A DNA stretch of 63,395 nt, filler included, from Collodictyon triciliatum (taxonomy: Eukaryota): the NCBI GenBank assembly GCA_043381765.1. It is 7 parts of 7 records of this genome, joined end to end, with 100 filler letters (N's around TTAATTAATTAA, not from the genome) between each part and the next. Parts side by side here need not be neighbours in the genome. Positions count along the whole stretch, not along the records: positions 41,885 to 48,396 come from JBHJMP010000231.1; positions 48,497 to 55,907 come from JBHJMP010000232.1; positions 56,008 to 60,668 come from JBHJMP010000234.1; 4 more parts are not named here. One strand, given 5' to 3'. Positions 45,905 through 56,677 of the stretch are shown piece after piece (positions within the stretch are counted from its first letter, which is position 1; each line of letters begins with the position of its first letter). The translations under genes and the position numbers were made by a program. Under the pieces are notes generated by a model, which did not search any database, was not told the DNA's origin, and was given only the letters and a program-made list of their open reading frames with translations.

Positions 45905-48071
45905 AATTGCATTCAAGGCATCTCCATTTCCAAACTTGATACACCCATGACCATCGAGTTTACCACGAGAGAAATTACCTTCATATATATCTTGTGTAGA
46001 TGCGACAGTAAGGGTGCCATACCCGTGGCGCTGAATGATAAAATAGAAAACAGTTTTAGATACCAATCACAGTCTTGTGATAAGGCTACTCATATAGAAA
46101 AAGGAAGTCAGAGATTTTTTTAAGGTTATTGTTTCTCCACTTCATACACCATGGATCTGTATGTAAATATAGGCAACATAATTATCCAGCGGATTATCAT
46201 AACATGAAATGCAGCAGCTTTATTTCTTACTTCGTCATCCTGCCAGCCACCCGAGTATTGATCCTTGTTTGCATAAATCATAGACCCTATAGACAGTGGT
46301 TGTGATAAACATACAAGATAAGTCCCGAGCGCGCGGGTGTATTATATTTTGAAAAATGTGGTACTTCATATAAAGTTAATTCACAAAGCTGTGCGAGGCA
46401 ATGTAAGAGCAGACCATTTCCATGCTTTTTTCCATATCTCCATTCCCCGTCATAAACAATAGATTTGTCGCTCCAAATGTACATTCCTTCTCCGTGGCAC
46501 TATGACATAAATATGTCAAAAGTGTATAATTTCAAAGACAATAATAACGAATGGACCTGTGATTTGACGATATTGTGCTACTTTAATATTTCTGGTTTCA
46601 AGAGGTGAAGTCTAGAATATAAAAGTTACAGTATTGTTATTTTATTGGAAAAAATAGAAGCACCTTGTCTTCTTTCCATCGACCGTCATATTGTACAGAT
46701 TTGTCTTTGTTGTAAAATGCACCCAGCCCTTCTCTTTAGAATTTTTTTTTTAAAAAAAAACATAGGTATTGGGAAGAATGAATGTACCGTCATAAAAAAT
46801 AAAGTGCACAATTTGAATAAAATGGTCATAATACAAGATATGGTAACTGGAATCCTTAAAAAATAATCAGTGTTCTCGAAGTATATGAAGTGATAAAACT
46901 AACTAAATACCTCATGTCATTAACGAAGCCACCGTTATACACAAAACCATCTTCATACGTCATTAGTCCCTGACCCACTCTCTATTATGCAATAAAATTA
47001 AAGAGACAAAGAATGCATATGTATATATTTCCAAGCACTTTTTTAAAAAAAAAAAGATTGGGCGCTCTCTTTAATGAAAAGGGACTTATGATTTACCTTT
47101 CCATTGGCTGACACTCCCCCAACATAAAAACTACCATTGCGATAGGTAATCTCTGCTTTTCCTATCGGGGCACCCTACAACAATTATAATGATGACTAGG
47201 TGATCAATTGAATATCAAATTATTTTATTTGAAGGATTTGGTGCAGTATTTAAGAAATATTTAAATCAAACATTTTCATAAAGGCCAGTAACGCGGGATA
47301 GGTCAGGATAGGTTGTGAACCCTTTTCCGTCTATTATACGAAACAATGTGGACTTTAAAAAAATTCATAGAAATGATAATTTTGTTGATCATACCAAAAC
47401 AACCAAAAACTCACTCTTTTTGTCGCTCTCCCATGAGCCTTCGTAGTACTCTTTTCCCTCAATCGAAATTTTGGTCTCTGCACCAAATCCATTTCTCATA
47501 TCATCCTGCCATTCTCCATCATATACAACTCCTAAAGAATGAAGAGATGGGAAGAATTATTGCATGATTATATGTCAATTTAAGAGATAATATAAGTATC
47601 AGCAAAGTATTTATGTTAAAAAAAATTATAAAAGAGGACACTATTGCATAACACTATGAAGAAAAACGGAAAAAGTGTAACCGTTCATATTCAAGATATT
47701 ATGATAAGGATTCACCATCACTGCGAATTAATTTTCCGCGTCCATGCCGCTAAGAATCATACATTGTTTTATCACAATATTAAGATTATTTGTTTTTAAA
47801 AAAAGAAGAATAAAGTAGATAAAACACACTGAAATAAAATAAAACAAAGTTCAGTTTATGCGTAAATATTGGAATAAAAGTTGAATTGCATTCATTCTGT
47901 GGGAAAATATTTTCCCAAAGAAGCTGGATATTTTCGGTTACTGAGCCGAGAGGCTAGGCGAGATAAAATAACAATAAAAAAAAAGTACCTTCCCGATATT
48001 CATATCACCATCATATACGTTTCCATCTTCGTAGCGATAGTTAAGCGTCCTTTCGTTATAACGAAAACTAC
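45905..48071 (-). CDS. MORN-repeat protein; both ends unresolved, 3' exons may extend to about 44800
   Basis: Repeated Y.G.W..D.R.G.G units across spliced exons: YEDGNVYDGDMNIGK|RHGRG; YDGEWQDDMRNGFG; YEGSWESDKK|NGKG; YDGRWKEDK|CHGEG; YDGEWRYGKKHGNG; YSGGWQDDE|RHGYG; YEGNFSRGKLDGHG. Confidence 0.88.
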
Positions 48072-48496
48072 CTGGCAAATCTGTCAAGGGATACCAGACA
48101 AAGAAAAATTTAATTTAGTGCAGGTAGCTCTATATATTTTGGGTCATGTGGGTTCAGGGACGAAAAAATCATTCGTTTTTTGAAGAATTTTTTTTTGTAT
48201 TACAATGACTCTTTCACTTGAATTTTGAATAAAGAAAAATAAAAACGCTCTCTCTTGAAACGGGGATTATTATTATTACTATTATTATTATTACTATTAT
48301 TATTAGTATTATTATTAGTATTATTATTAGTATTATTATTAGTATTATTATTAGTATTATTATTAGTATTATTATTAGTATTATTATTAGTATTATNNNN
48401 NNNNNNNNNNNNNNNNNNNNNNNNNNNNNNNNNNNNNNNNTTAATTAATTAANNNNNNNNNNNNNNNNNNNNNNNNNNNNNNNNNNNNNNNNNNNN

Positions 48497-49040
48497 GAAA
48501 CAGCCGGTGAGATTCTTCGACCGACACTCTAGACGGCTGCAGCTGTTATCCCAATACAGGCGATATTTGGGCCTCTGCAACAGCTGCGTCCAGATGCAAA
48601 AACATTCTGGGCAGCGACGCGAGGCCATTTGCTAGGGACTATGTGGATAGCGCGCACATACTCACGCAAAGCAAGACTCAACAACCAGCCACCCATTCCT
48701 GACAATAGACTGGATGACATCATACAAATCTCTTTCATCAATAGCTTTCTTCGCCACCTGCACGTTCTCTACTACGCAGACTCTGTGAGAAGAGACATGT
48801 GGAAAGAGGCTGTGAAAGAAATTAAACCTCGCCTAGACTCTCTCATGCAAGCACAAGACCCAGGTTACAAGCATAACCGCAGGATGCAATTCCTGATTAC
48901 CGACTACTTCTCTACCATCCAGCCACCAAGTAGTGCCCATGCAAAGAACGCTAGCGAATAAATGCGAACATAATCTTGCACAGACCGAGAGGAAAAATGA
49001 TAATAAAAAAAATTGTTAAGCAGAAAAAGCAGTCAAATAA
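48497..49040 (+). mobile_element. Probable 3' remnant of a non-LTR (L1/Tx1-like) retrotransposon ORF2 with an A-rich tail
   Basis: Intronless, A/C-rich frame AIFGPL..KTFWAATRGHLLGTMWIART..DMWKE.. resembles the 'W....lW..R' C-terminus of L1/Tx1 ORF2. In-frame TAG at 48530-48532. A-rich tract after the stop at 48961. Located at a scaffold edge. No RT core is visible. Confidence 0.5.
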
Positions 49041-49188
49041 AAGGTTAAAAAAAAAATAAACAGGCCAGACACTATGACCCCAGACAATCACAGGGCAGGC
49101 AGAAGGAATAAACCATGTGCAATTATATACACAGACAAAGGATGTGAGTGTATGTGGCGGAGAAGGCTTTGTTGGGATGAGAAGGAGC

Positions 49189-50589
49189 TTAGAGGGCTCG
49201 GCCAGAGAGGGCGGTACCGATGGCTGCATCAACTTGAATACGTCCATAGCCATAGATGTAGTTGGGGTACGAGTTGTAGGCGACGCCTCCGCACGAGGTG
49301 GCAGCCATGGCAGGTCGGGCCATACCCTTGAAGGCAGTGGAGATGAAGATGCGCTCAATCTCAGCAATCGAGATACCGGGGCGGGCCGAGATGAGGAGGG
49401 CGGCGGCACCGGCGATGTGGGGAGCAGCCATAGAGGTGCCGGAGAGGCGGGCATAGGCAGAGTCCGAGGTCGAGTAGGCAGAGTTGACAGAGACACCGGG
49501 GGCGGTGATCTCGGGCTTCTGCATGACGAGGTTACCGGGTCCGCGGGACGAGAAATAAGCGATGCGGTCAACAGTGTCCGAGGCACCGACCGAGAAGGCA
49601 CCGCTGTTATCACCAGGCGAGTTGGCAGTGGAGCAGGCCGAGCCGGAGTTGCCAGCCGAGAAGACGGGCAGGATGTTGGCCGCGCGCCAGGCATTGATGT
49701 AAGACAGGTACCAGGTGTCGCCCTGACCTCCACCCCACGAGTTGTTGACCACATGTGGCTTGAGTGTGCAGGTGGGCGGGTTGGGGCAGGCGACCCACTG
49801 GGCAGAGGCGGTCAAGTCGTACGACGAGCATGAGTTTGAGGCGCAGCCCTTGGCGGCAATCCACTTGGAGCCGTATGCCACACCGACGCCAGATGCAGCT
49901 GAGCCGGCAATGGTGCCCATGGTGTGTGTGCCGTGGCCATTGTCGTCAGCAGGACTGGCTTGTAGCCCGCTTGGGTCGAACCACGAGTACGAGCCGCCAC
50001 GGTAGTTTCCAGCAAGGGAGACGTGGGTGCCGCGCACGCCAGTGTCGATGTTGGCAACCACGACGTTCTGGCCGGTGTAGCCGCGAGCCCAGGCGCGGGT
50101 GGCGCCGATCAGCTCGATGTAGGCCTCGGCAGTGGTGGAGTTGGTGGACTCCTCCACAACCACGGGCAGGTGCAGCTGCGCCTCACGGTCGCCGCGGATC
50201 ACCTCGACGTCCTCGCGCTGGGCGAGCTCTTGGATCAGAGCGTCGGTGGCGGCGCGGATGTAGACGGCGTTGATGATCCAGAAGGACTCGTACTCGATCC
50301 CGCGCGAGGCGAGGAAGGTCACCAGAGACTTCTGGCGCAGCGACGAGAAGGTCGAGAGCACCTCGTAGGTGGCGGCGGCGCGCGACTCGGTGTAGAGCGA
50401 GTGGACGGCAGTCAGGTCGGCGTCTCCCCAGATCTTGACAAAGATGTCTACGGTCTGCTGGGTCTGCAGGCGGCGGGTGATCATCTCATCAATGACGCCG
50501 CCGTTGTAGCCGGGGTCGTTGCGCATCGAGGCGCTGCTGGCCGCGAGGGCCGCGAGGACGAGGGTTGCGACGAGCAGGATGCGGTTCAT
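49189..50589 (-). CDS. Secreted subtilisin-like serine protease (S8, bacillopeptidase-F-like), intronless, 466 aa
   Basis: Signal peptide MNRILLVATLVLAALAASSA and a propeptide (SFWIINAVY). Catalytic triad motifs NIDTGV, HGTHTMGTI and SGTSMAAPHIAG; oxyanion motif FSAGNSG; C-terminal PNYIYGYGRI. Confidence 0.96.
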   Translation of the reverse strand: MNRILLVATLVLAALAASSASMRNDPGYNGGVIDEMITRRLQTQQTVDIFVKIWGDADLTAVHSLYTESRAAATYEVLSTFSSLRQKSLVTFLASRGIEYESFWIINAVYIRAATDALIQELAQREDVEVIRGDREAQLHLPVVVEESTNSTTAEAYIELIGATRAWARGYTGQNVVVANIDTGVRGTHVSLAGNYRGGSYSWFDPSGLQASPADDNGHGTHTMGTIAGSAASGVGVAYGSKWIAAKGCASNSCSSYDLTASAQWVACPNPPTCTLKPHVVNNSWGGGQGDTWYLSYINAWRAANILPVFSAGNSGSACSTANSPGDNSGAFSVGASDTVDRIAYFSSRGPGNLVMQKPEITAPGVSVNSAYSTSDSAYARLSGTSMAAPHIAGAAALLISARPGISIAEIERIFISTAFKGMARPAMAATSCGGVAYNSYPNYIYGYGRIQVDAAIGTALSGRAL

Positions 50590-50701
50590 CTTGGAGTCGG
50601 GCAGAGTTCGGGCTCGGCAGGTTATTGTAGCGCTGTTGGTTTACTCGTGGTTTTTTCTACGAGAAGGCAAACCCGATAAATCCCCACCGCACTCAGCTCT
50701 C

Positions 50702-50709
50702 TATTTATA
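50702..50709 (-). promoter_or_regulatory. Candidate TATA box (TATAAATA) for the subtilase gene
   Basis: Minus-strand CGCGTATAAATAGAG about 115 bp upstream of the ATG in a GC-richer context. A second TATATAAAG lies at about 50783-50791. Confidence 0.45.
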
Positions 50710-51741
50710 CGCGTACACGGTCTGTCAAAAGTCTCACATCCTTATATCCCTGCGCGACTAGTCCTCCTCCGCGGTGCGCCCGCTTTATATACAACTCTAG
50801 GAAGGACATATACCTTTCAATTTCTTTGTTTTCCTGCCCTTTGGTTTCGTGTGCTGCATTGGAGAAAAATTATTTGGAGGGTGCGCCGGCGCGGATTCTA
50901 CGCGGTGTTGGTTCTGTCTCGTGTGTCTCTTTCCCGCCAAATGCTCCATGTGCTGTCTATCTTCTAGAATTTTCAATGAGTATACCGTAAATTATATCAT
51001 TTCTGGAATCAACTTATGTGGATAGCCGCCTTCTAGAAGATTCGATTCTTGGGGATTCATGGAATGCCTCTATTTATGGATACTTTCTTTCTGCAGACTT
51101 TGACAGAGCCCTTCTATCCTAGCCCCACATTAGCGCTCACCTAGCACACCTGCGCTTCTACTTTAGCTGTCGTCGCTATCCGCACCTCATCCAAGCCTCC
51201 GGCCTTTCTTTCTTTCGCTCAGGGCTGAAACACGGTCGCACTGGAGCTATTTGTCATCTGAGTGCGTCCTACTTCTCTGGAAATCCCACAGCGATCTGCA
51301 GCCGAGCCTGGTGGAACTAATACTCAGGGCCTCTCCCATGTCTCAAGCACCCTCCCTGAACTCAGCCACGCGCTTCACAACAGCCCGCTCACCCTTAAAA
51401 TAAAATGTCGGCTAAGAGTCGAACAAAAAAAAAACAAAAAAAAAAAACAAACAAGAGTCTACACCCCCTCCCAATAAGCTTAAGCTTCCAGACCTTTTCA
51501 ATAAGTATAGTATGGTAGGAGAGGTTCTGAAATAAGGAAAAAGAACTAAGAGTGTATCAAACGAGAGGCACAAAGAAATGGCAGAAAGGCAGGTGGAAAG
51601 ACGGCGGAATAAGGGAAAAGCCCCAGAGGTGGGAGAGTGCAAGTAATGCACTTGGGAGTCCCCCACGAGTCACAGCAAGGCTGCACGGGCTGGCATAGTC
51701 GAATGGCACCCGGATCCCTTCCAAACACGGACAAGGTCAAT

Positions 51742-54700
51742 CTAGTACACAAGAGGCTCACGCTCCGTTGAGGCGTCGGCCATTTCAAAGCGCCGCTGCT
51801 TCCTCCTCTCAAGATAAATCAGCACAGCGCCCGAGACGATAAGAACCGAGCCGGCAGCACAGCCTGCGATGAGTGAGCCCAACGCAAGGTCTTGTCGGAA
51901 ATAAACAGTCTCCTTCACGTGGTCTGCTCCCTCTTTGCTGACGGTGTACTTGTCTTCCACCCACACCATTGGCAGGTAGATGTTGTCAGCCAGACTCTCA
52001 TACTCAGCGGGGAGACTTTGGTTGCCAACTGGATTGTATTCCGTGGGTTGCGGGGTGGTACATAAGTGGTTTGGAAAAGGAAGCTGGTGAGTGTGAATTC
52101 TACTGCAGATAGACATTGCAGAGGGAAAGAGAGAGAGAGAGAGGCATGCAGGTGGTTCCGATTGAGAACACCCTTGCAACCGCGTTCCATTCTCGATAGT
52201 TTTGCAAACCGTGTCATTTGTTCATCAAAAAAAAAAAAAAGACAATAATATAATGAACCCACAAGAAAAAGAGTAAGGATTGAATAGGTGACTGTGTTTT
52301 TGTATCGAGAATGGGCTGGCTGTGTCTCATTTCCTACCTTATTGTAGTGCCATACTTGGTTACTTAAAGATTCCAGAAAATACCGCCCACATCCTTTGGC
52401 TGGTAAACTATCGCTATAAAACAGCAACTATTCAAGAATTCAAAAAAAAAATTGACTTGTTTTGCCTCGAAAAATAGGCCACAACAGACTGCAGATTATG
52501 GGTATATAGTGCCCCAAATAGTGTACAAATGATAAAGAATGACTAAATTCAAACATCGACATGTTGTCAAGGTATAAATTATAGTAACCATCAAAGTCAG
52601 TTACGGTCTTCTTCTGCTAATCTTCTGGAACGGAACGGCAAATTGGAGACCAACTCGAGGGTGTGGAGGTCGAAAGCGCAAGCTTGAGACAAACACACTC
52701 GAACGCACGAGAATCGAGGATACAACTCGACCAAGACCCCTCGGCCACACCGATCTGCCGATCAAAGAGAGCCCAGGAGCAGAACCTGTACAGAGCCGGC
52801 TGCTTCGTCCGCCTTCGAGGTAAACACAAACTGCCCCAGAACCACGAAGCCCGCAACCAAGCGAAGAAAGAACTTGCCCATGTCCTTAAACAACTCAAGT
52901 GCTACGAGGAGAACGTCATCATGCAACTGTACGGTCAACCCCAAGGATACACAGTAGCCTTCCCGCACCAACAAAACGCCGCAGAGTTTGCCAAAGCAGG
53001 ACAGTTTAAACTGCTTGGCCGCTTTTTCCACCCATACCAAGAGAGGCCACCTCTTCACTCCGCTATCATCGGCGATATTACCCCTGGCTTCACCAAAGAA
53101 GACATTGAAGAGGCCTGCAAAGCATTATTTTTCGCCTACCATAGTTTACTACGAAGCTGTGGGCGGTATCTGGACCAATGACGCGCTGGTCAAGTTCCCG
53201 GCATCAGAACTGCCCAAAGTGCCAGAAAAGAAAATAAACTTGCAAGGATTCCTCGTCCCCTTTATACTCCTCCCCGAACGGAAGGAGAAGCCCAAACACG
53301 ATACCAAACATAAAAAGCACCAGGGCAAATACCACGGTAAACCCAACCGCAAACCCTCGCAACCCACGCAGTCCAGGGGTGAAAGACGGGCCCAACCCTC
53401 CCGGACACCATCACCCGAAGCCATGGAAGACGNNNNNNNNNNNNNNNNNNNNNNNNNNNNNNNNNNNNNNNNNNNNNNNNNNNNNNNNNNNNNNNNNNNN
53501 NNNNNNNNNNNNNNNNNNNNNNNNNNNNNNNNGTCATTTGTTCATCAAAAAAAAAAAAAAGACAATAATATAATGAACCCACAAGAAAAAGAGTAAGGAT
53601 TGAATAGGTGACTGTGTTTTTGTATCGAGAATGGGTGAATCTTGGCCATTTACCAATTATCATTGTATGAAATAAAGGCGGGGTTTCTTGATATTTTTTT
53701 TGTAGGTAATAAATGCTTACGGAATCGTATTTCTGTATTTATCTGGAATCGTATCGCACTCTCCATCGTAGTGCCAGTCCTCGGCTCCACATCCAAATAG
53801 CCATGGTGCACTTCCTTGCGAGGGGAAAGCCCAATATTCCAGCTCTTGTATAGGTTCTGATCCCCGTCATAAAAATGGGGTTGACTCATCCATAACGGAA
53901 GTCTCGAATATGATAACGTCACGTTCATCTAGATTCATTTCTATGAGAATTTGTCATAGTAATAGCAATAGCAATAGTAATAGTAATAGTAATAGCAATA
54001 GTAATAGTAATAGCAATAGCAATAGTAATAAAGATTATAAACTCTCACAAGACCAGACGGCCTTGTGTGGTAGTACTTTGCGTTAGGAGGGTATTCTTCC
54101 TGGCTTAGAAATGTCTCCTTTCTAACTCGAAAACGCAGCGTTTCAATGCCCCTCACAACAGGATTACCTTCATTATAGTGAAGAAGAGAAATAGCCCGAA
54201 GTGCGTTTGGAAGCCATATGTTCAACCTGTCATCTTCAGAGATTTTGAATTTGAATTGAGTCGTGTCGGTTCCTTCCACTCGCGTTGGATATTTCCAGCA
54301 GTATTTATCATCAATCAAACAAAAAGTCGACTCATCCCATACAACGCGTTCGCGGATATGGTTGCGGTCGTCCTGCCCAGTCCTGATTACGAAGATAAGT
54401 GACTATTATGTTTTATTTTTTTATTTCTATATCTTTCTTTTAAAAAAAATAAGGAGCCATGAGTATCATTTTTTCATTAACCTCTGGGCTTGAAATCTTG
54501 CTCTTTCTATACAGTCCTTCTCACTGGTGTAATTATTTAGGAGCATCAATCGGATTGGTCCTCTGTATGGATGGTTCCGTTGGTATTTCCACAACATATC
54601 ATCAACATTCATATTAGTAAAAAGACGTGAGTTATTATTATAAGCTTCCGAGTGATTGGCCCATGAAAGAAAGTATAAATCCACTGTAGTAATCATGTCC

Positions 54701-55623
54701 TTGAGAGGGTTCAAGCCAACTCCAGAGCGTGATTTATCATAAATGTACCGCCTACAAACAAACAACGTATGGACTTAGATTAGCTAAAATTAATTATAGA
54801 GTCATGGACATGTTTAGATGATTATAATTACAATTATTATGTAATATTTCTATAAAGGAAATTCTCTTCTCAACAATGAAGTTGGACTTGTCTCCAACCC
54901 AAAATCAACATAATCTCACGTGTTGGTGAATATTATTTATTTATTTTTATTTCCATGCGACTTACCGATACTCTTTAAAGCGCACTGTGTCTCCTGATTG
55001 TCTTCCAAACTCGTATGGATTGGACCCGAATTCTACGTCGATCCGACTTCTATATACCCTGTATGTGTAGGGCCCTATCTCTTGAAGAACTGGAGGGTCC
55101 CCAGCTATAACCCGCTCGAGATTGGTAATATTGAATGCATATATACTCGTGTATTCAGGCCCACTTTTCGGGTTCAGATTGTTTGCCCAGCCCATGTATT
55201 CCGAGTGATTCATAGAATTAATTATCATCGTTTTATCCAACTCCTAAAAGCCCACATTACTTGTTTTTAATTATTAAATATGCAAATAATGTTTGCTATT
55301 TATTAGTGACGAAAGAGCTCATCTAATAACCGAATAATTGGAATATGAATTCCAATGTCAAATCAAACTTGTTAAATATTGCATTAAGAATTGATTGTTC
55401 CTTCTTTTTTTTAAAAAAAAAATACGTCACGAAGATCTTCAAGGACGAAGTAGTGAAAGAATATCCCCAGGAAGAGAAAGACAGCGCCCACTGAGAACAA
55501 GCCGATAGCACGATAAAGAACTTTGTGTTGAAATCCCCGCGCATGAAGGAAAGACTGCGGCGGCGGGGGTAGAGTAGACTTTGAAGGGAGGTTCGATCCA
55601 AGCGCCGGGAAGGCTGGGATCAT
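51742..55623 (-). CDS. CD36/LIMP-2 (class B scavenger receptor) family membrane protein
   Basis: N-terminal TM segment; YAFNITNLERVIAGDPPVLQEIGPYTY; VEGTDTTQF; VRGIETLRF; LPLWMSQPHFYDGD; YLDVEPRTGTTMESAIRFQIN; YLPMVWVE; C-terminal TM segment then tail TEREPLVY*. Last intron about 52103-53652. Start codon tentative. Confidence 0.93.
52213..52315 (+). repeat. 103-bp direct repeat, copy 1 (identical to 53533-53635)
   Basis: GTCATTTGTTCATC...TATCGAGAATGGG is present identically at both positions, offset 1320 bp. Confidence 0.95.
52316..53432 (+). mobile_element. Probable non-LTR retroelement 5' part (ORF1-like, frameshifted), inserted antisense in the CD36 intron; runs into a gap
   Basis: Intronless A/C-rich frame 52621-53130 continues after a +1 shift at the T-run near 53128-53132 into SPTIVYYEAVGGIWTNDALVKF..FLVPFILL, followed by a basic/Pro-rich tail. 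GYTVAF, SAIIGDITPGFTKEDIEEAC and GIWTN..LV recall the tandem RRM-like folds of Tx1/L1 ORF1p. Bracketed by the 103-bp duplication. Confidence 0.6.
53533..53635 (+). repeat. 103-bp direct repeat, copy 2
   Basis: Starts at the first base after the N100 gap, then continues into host intron sequence towards the CD36 donor. Confidence 0.95.
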
Positions 55624-55804
55624 TCTTTCACAAGCCTGTAGCTATTTTTTTGGAAAAAAGGAAAAGGAAAAGGATAAGGATAAGGATAAGCCAAAGAACA
55701 CATGCTGAGAGTTTCTTCGGCATGAGAGTCTTTTGGTTGACTCTAACTGCAGCTGATGTTGTGGTAGTAGCTTTTATTACTGTTATTATTATTACTATTA
55801 TTAC

Positions 55805-55907
<103 letters not shown>

Positions 55908-56007
55908 NNNNNNNNNNNNNNNNNNNNNNNNNNNNNNNNNNNNNNNNNNNNTTAATTAATTAANNNNNNNNNNNNNNNNNNNNNNNNNNNNNNNNNNNNN
56001 NNNNNNN

Positions 56008-56625
56008 AAGTCATATGAGCGAAGCAGAGACATATTTAATACAATCATAGAGAGAAATTATGCCAATCCCCAGAAGAAGGAAAAGGTAATCATACATCCT
56101 TTTTGCAGACCCTCTACTTTCCTCGAATTCACGCTGTTGACTCATTTTCGTTTTTGATGGTCGCTTATTTCATGTGTGGCCTTACCAATTACCTTTGCAT
56201 TCTATCATTCACATTACACAAACACAACAGACCCGGCAGGAGTCTGGAGAATTAAAGGCGCTCATGATGCAAGCCACATTCGATTATGTGCGAAAGATGA
56301 TCGACATAGAAAAACGGAAGCAATTTGAATTTATCGACTTTTACAGCAAAGTTATCGACTGCTATCAGCTACAAAACCAAAAAGTTATCACAGATATCGA
56401 TTCCCTGAACGATTTCAAGAAAGAAGTCAAAGAGTATTGTGATTCGGTGATTCTTTTCTTAATTTCTGGGAGTTTCTTTTTCATTTTTTCCCTAATTTTT
56501 TTGGTGTGTGATTTCATTTAGTAACACATCTGAATGATACCAAAATGATGCGTCAATAGGAAAAGCAGAGCTGGTCAGAGTACTCGGCATCTGCAGCCAT
56601 GAAACGTCGGTCACAAATGAGTGTA

Positions 56626-56677
<52 letters not shown>

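Noticed and set aside
49117..50679. Long plus-strand ORFs overlapping the subtilase (and antisense ORFs at 59096-60009 and 33698-34356)
   Set aside because: Shadow ORFs caused by high GC3 of the real gene on the opposite strand; no recognisable motifs.
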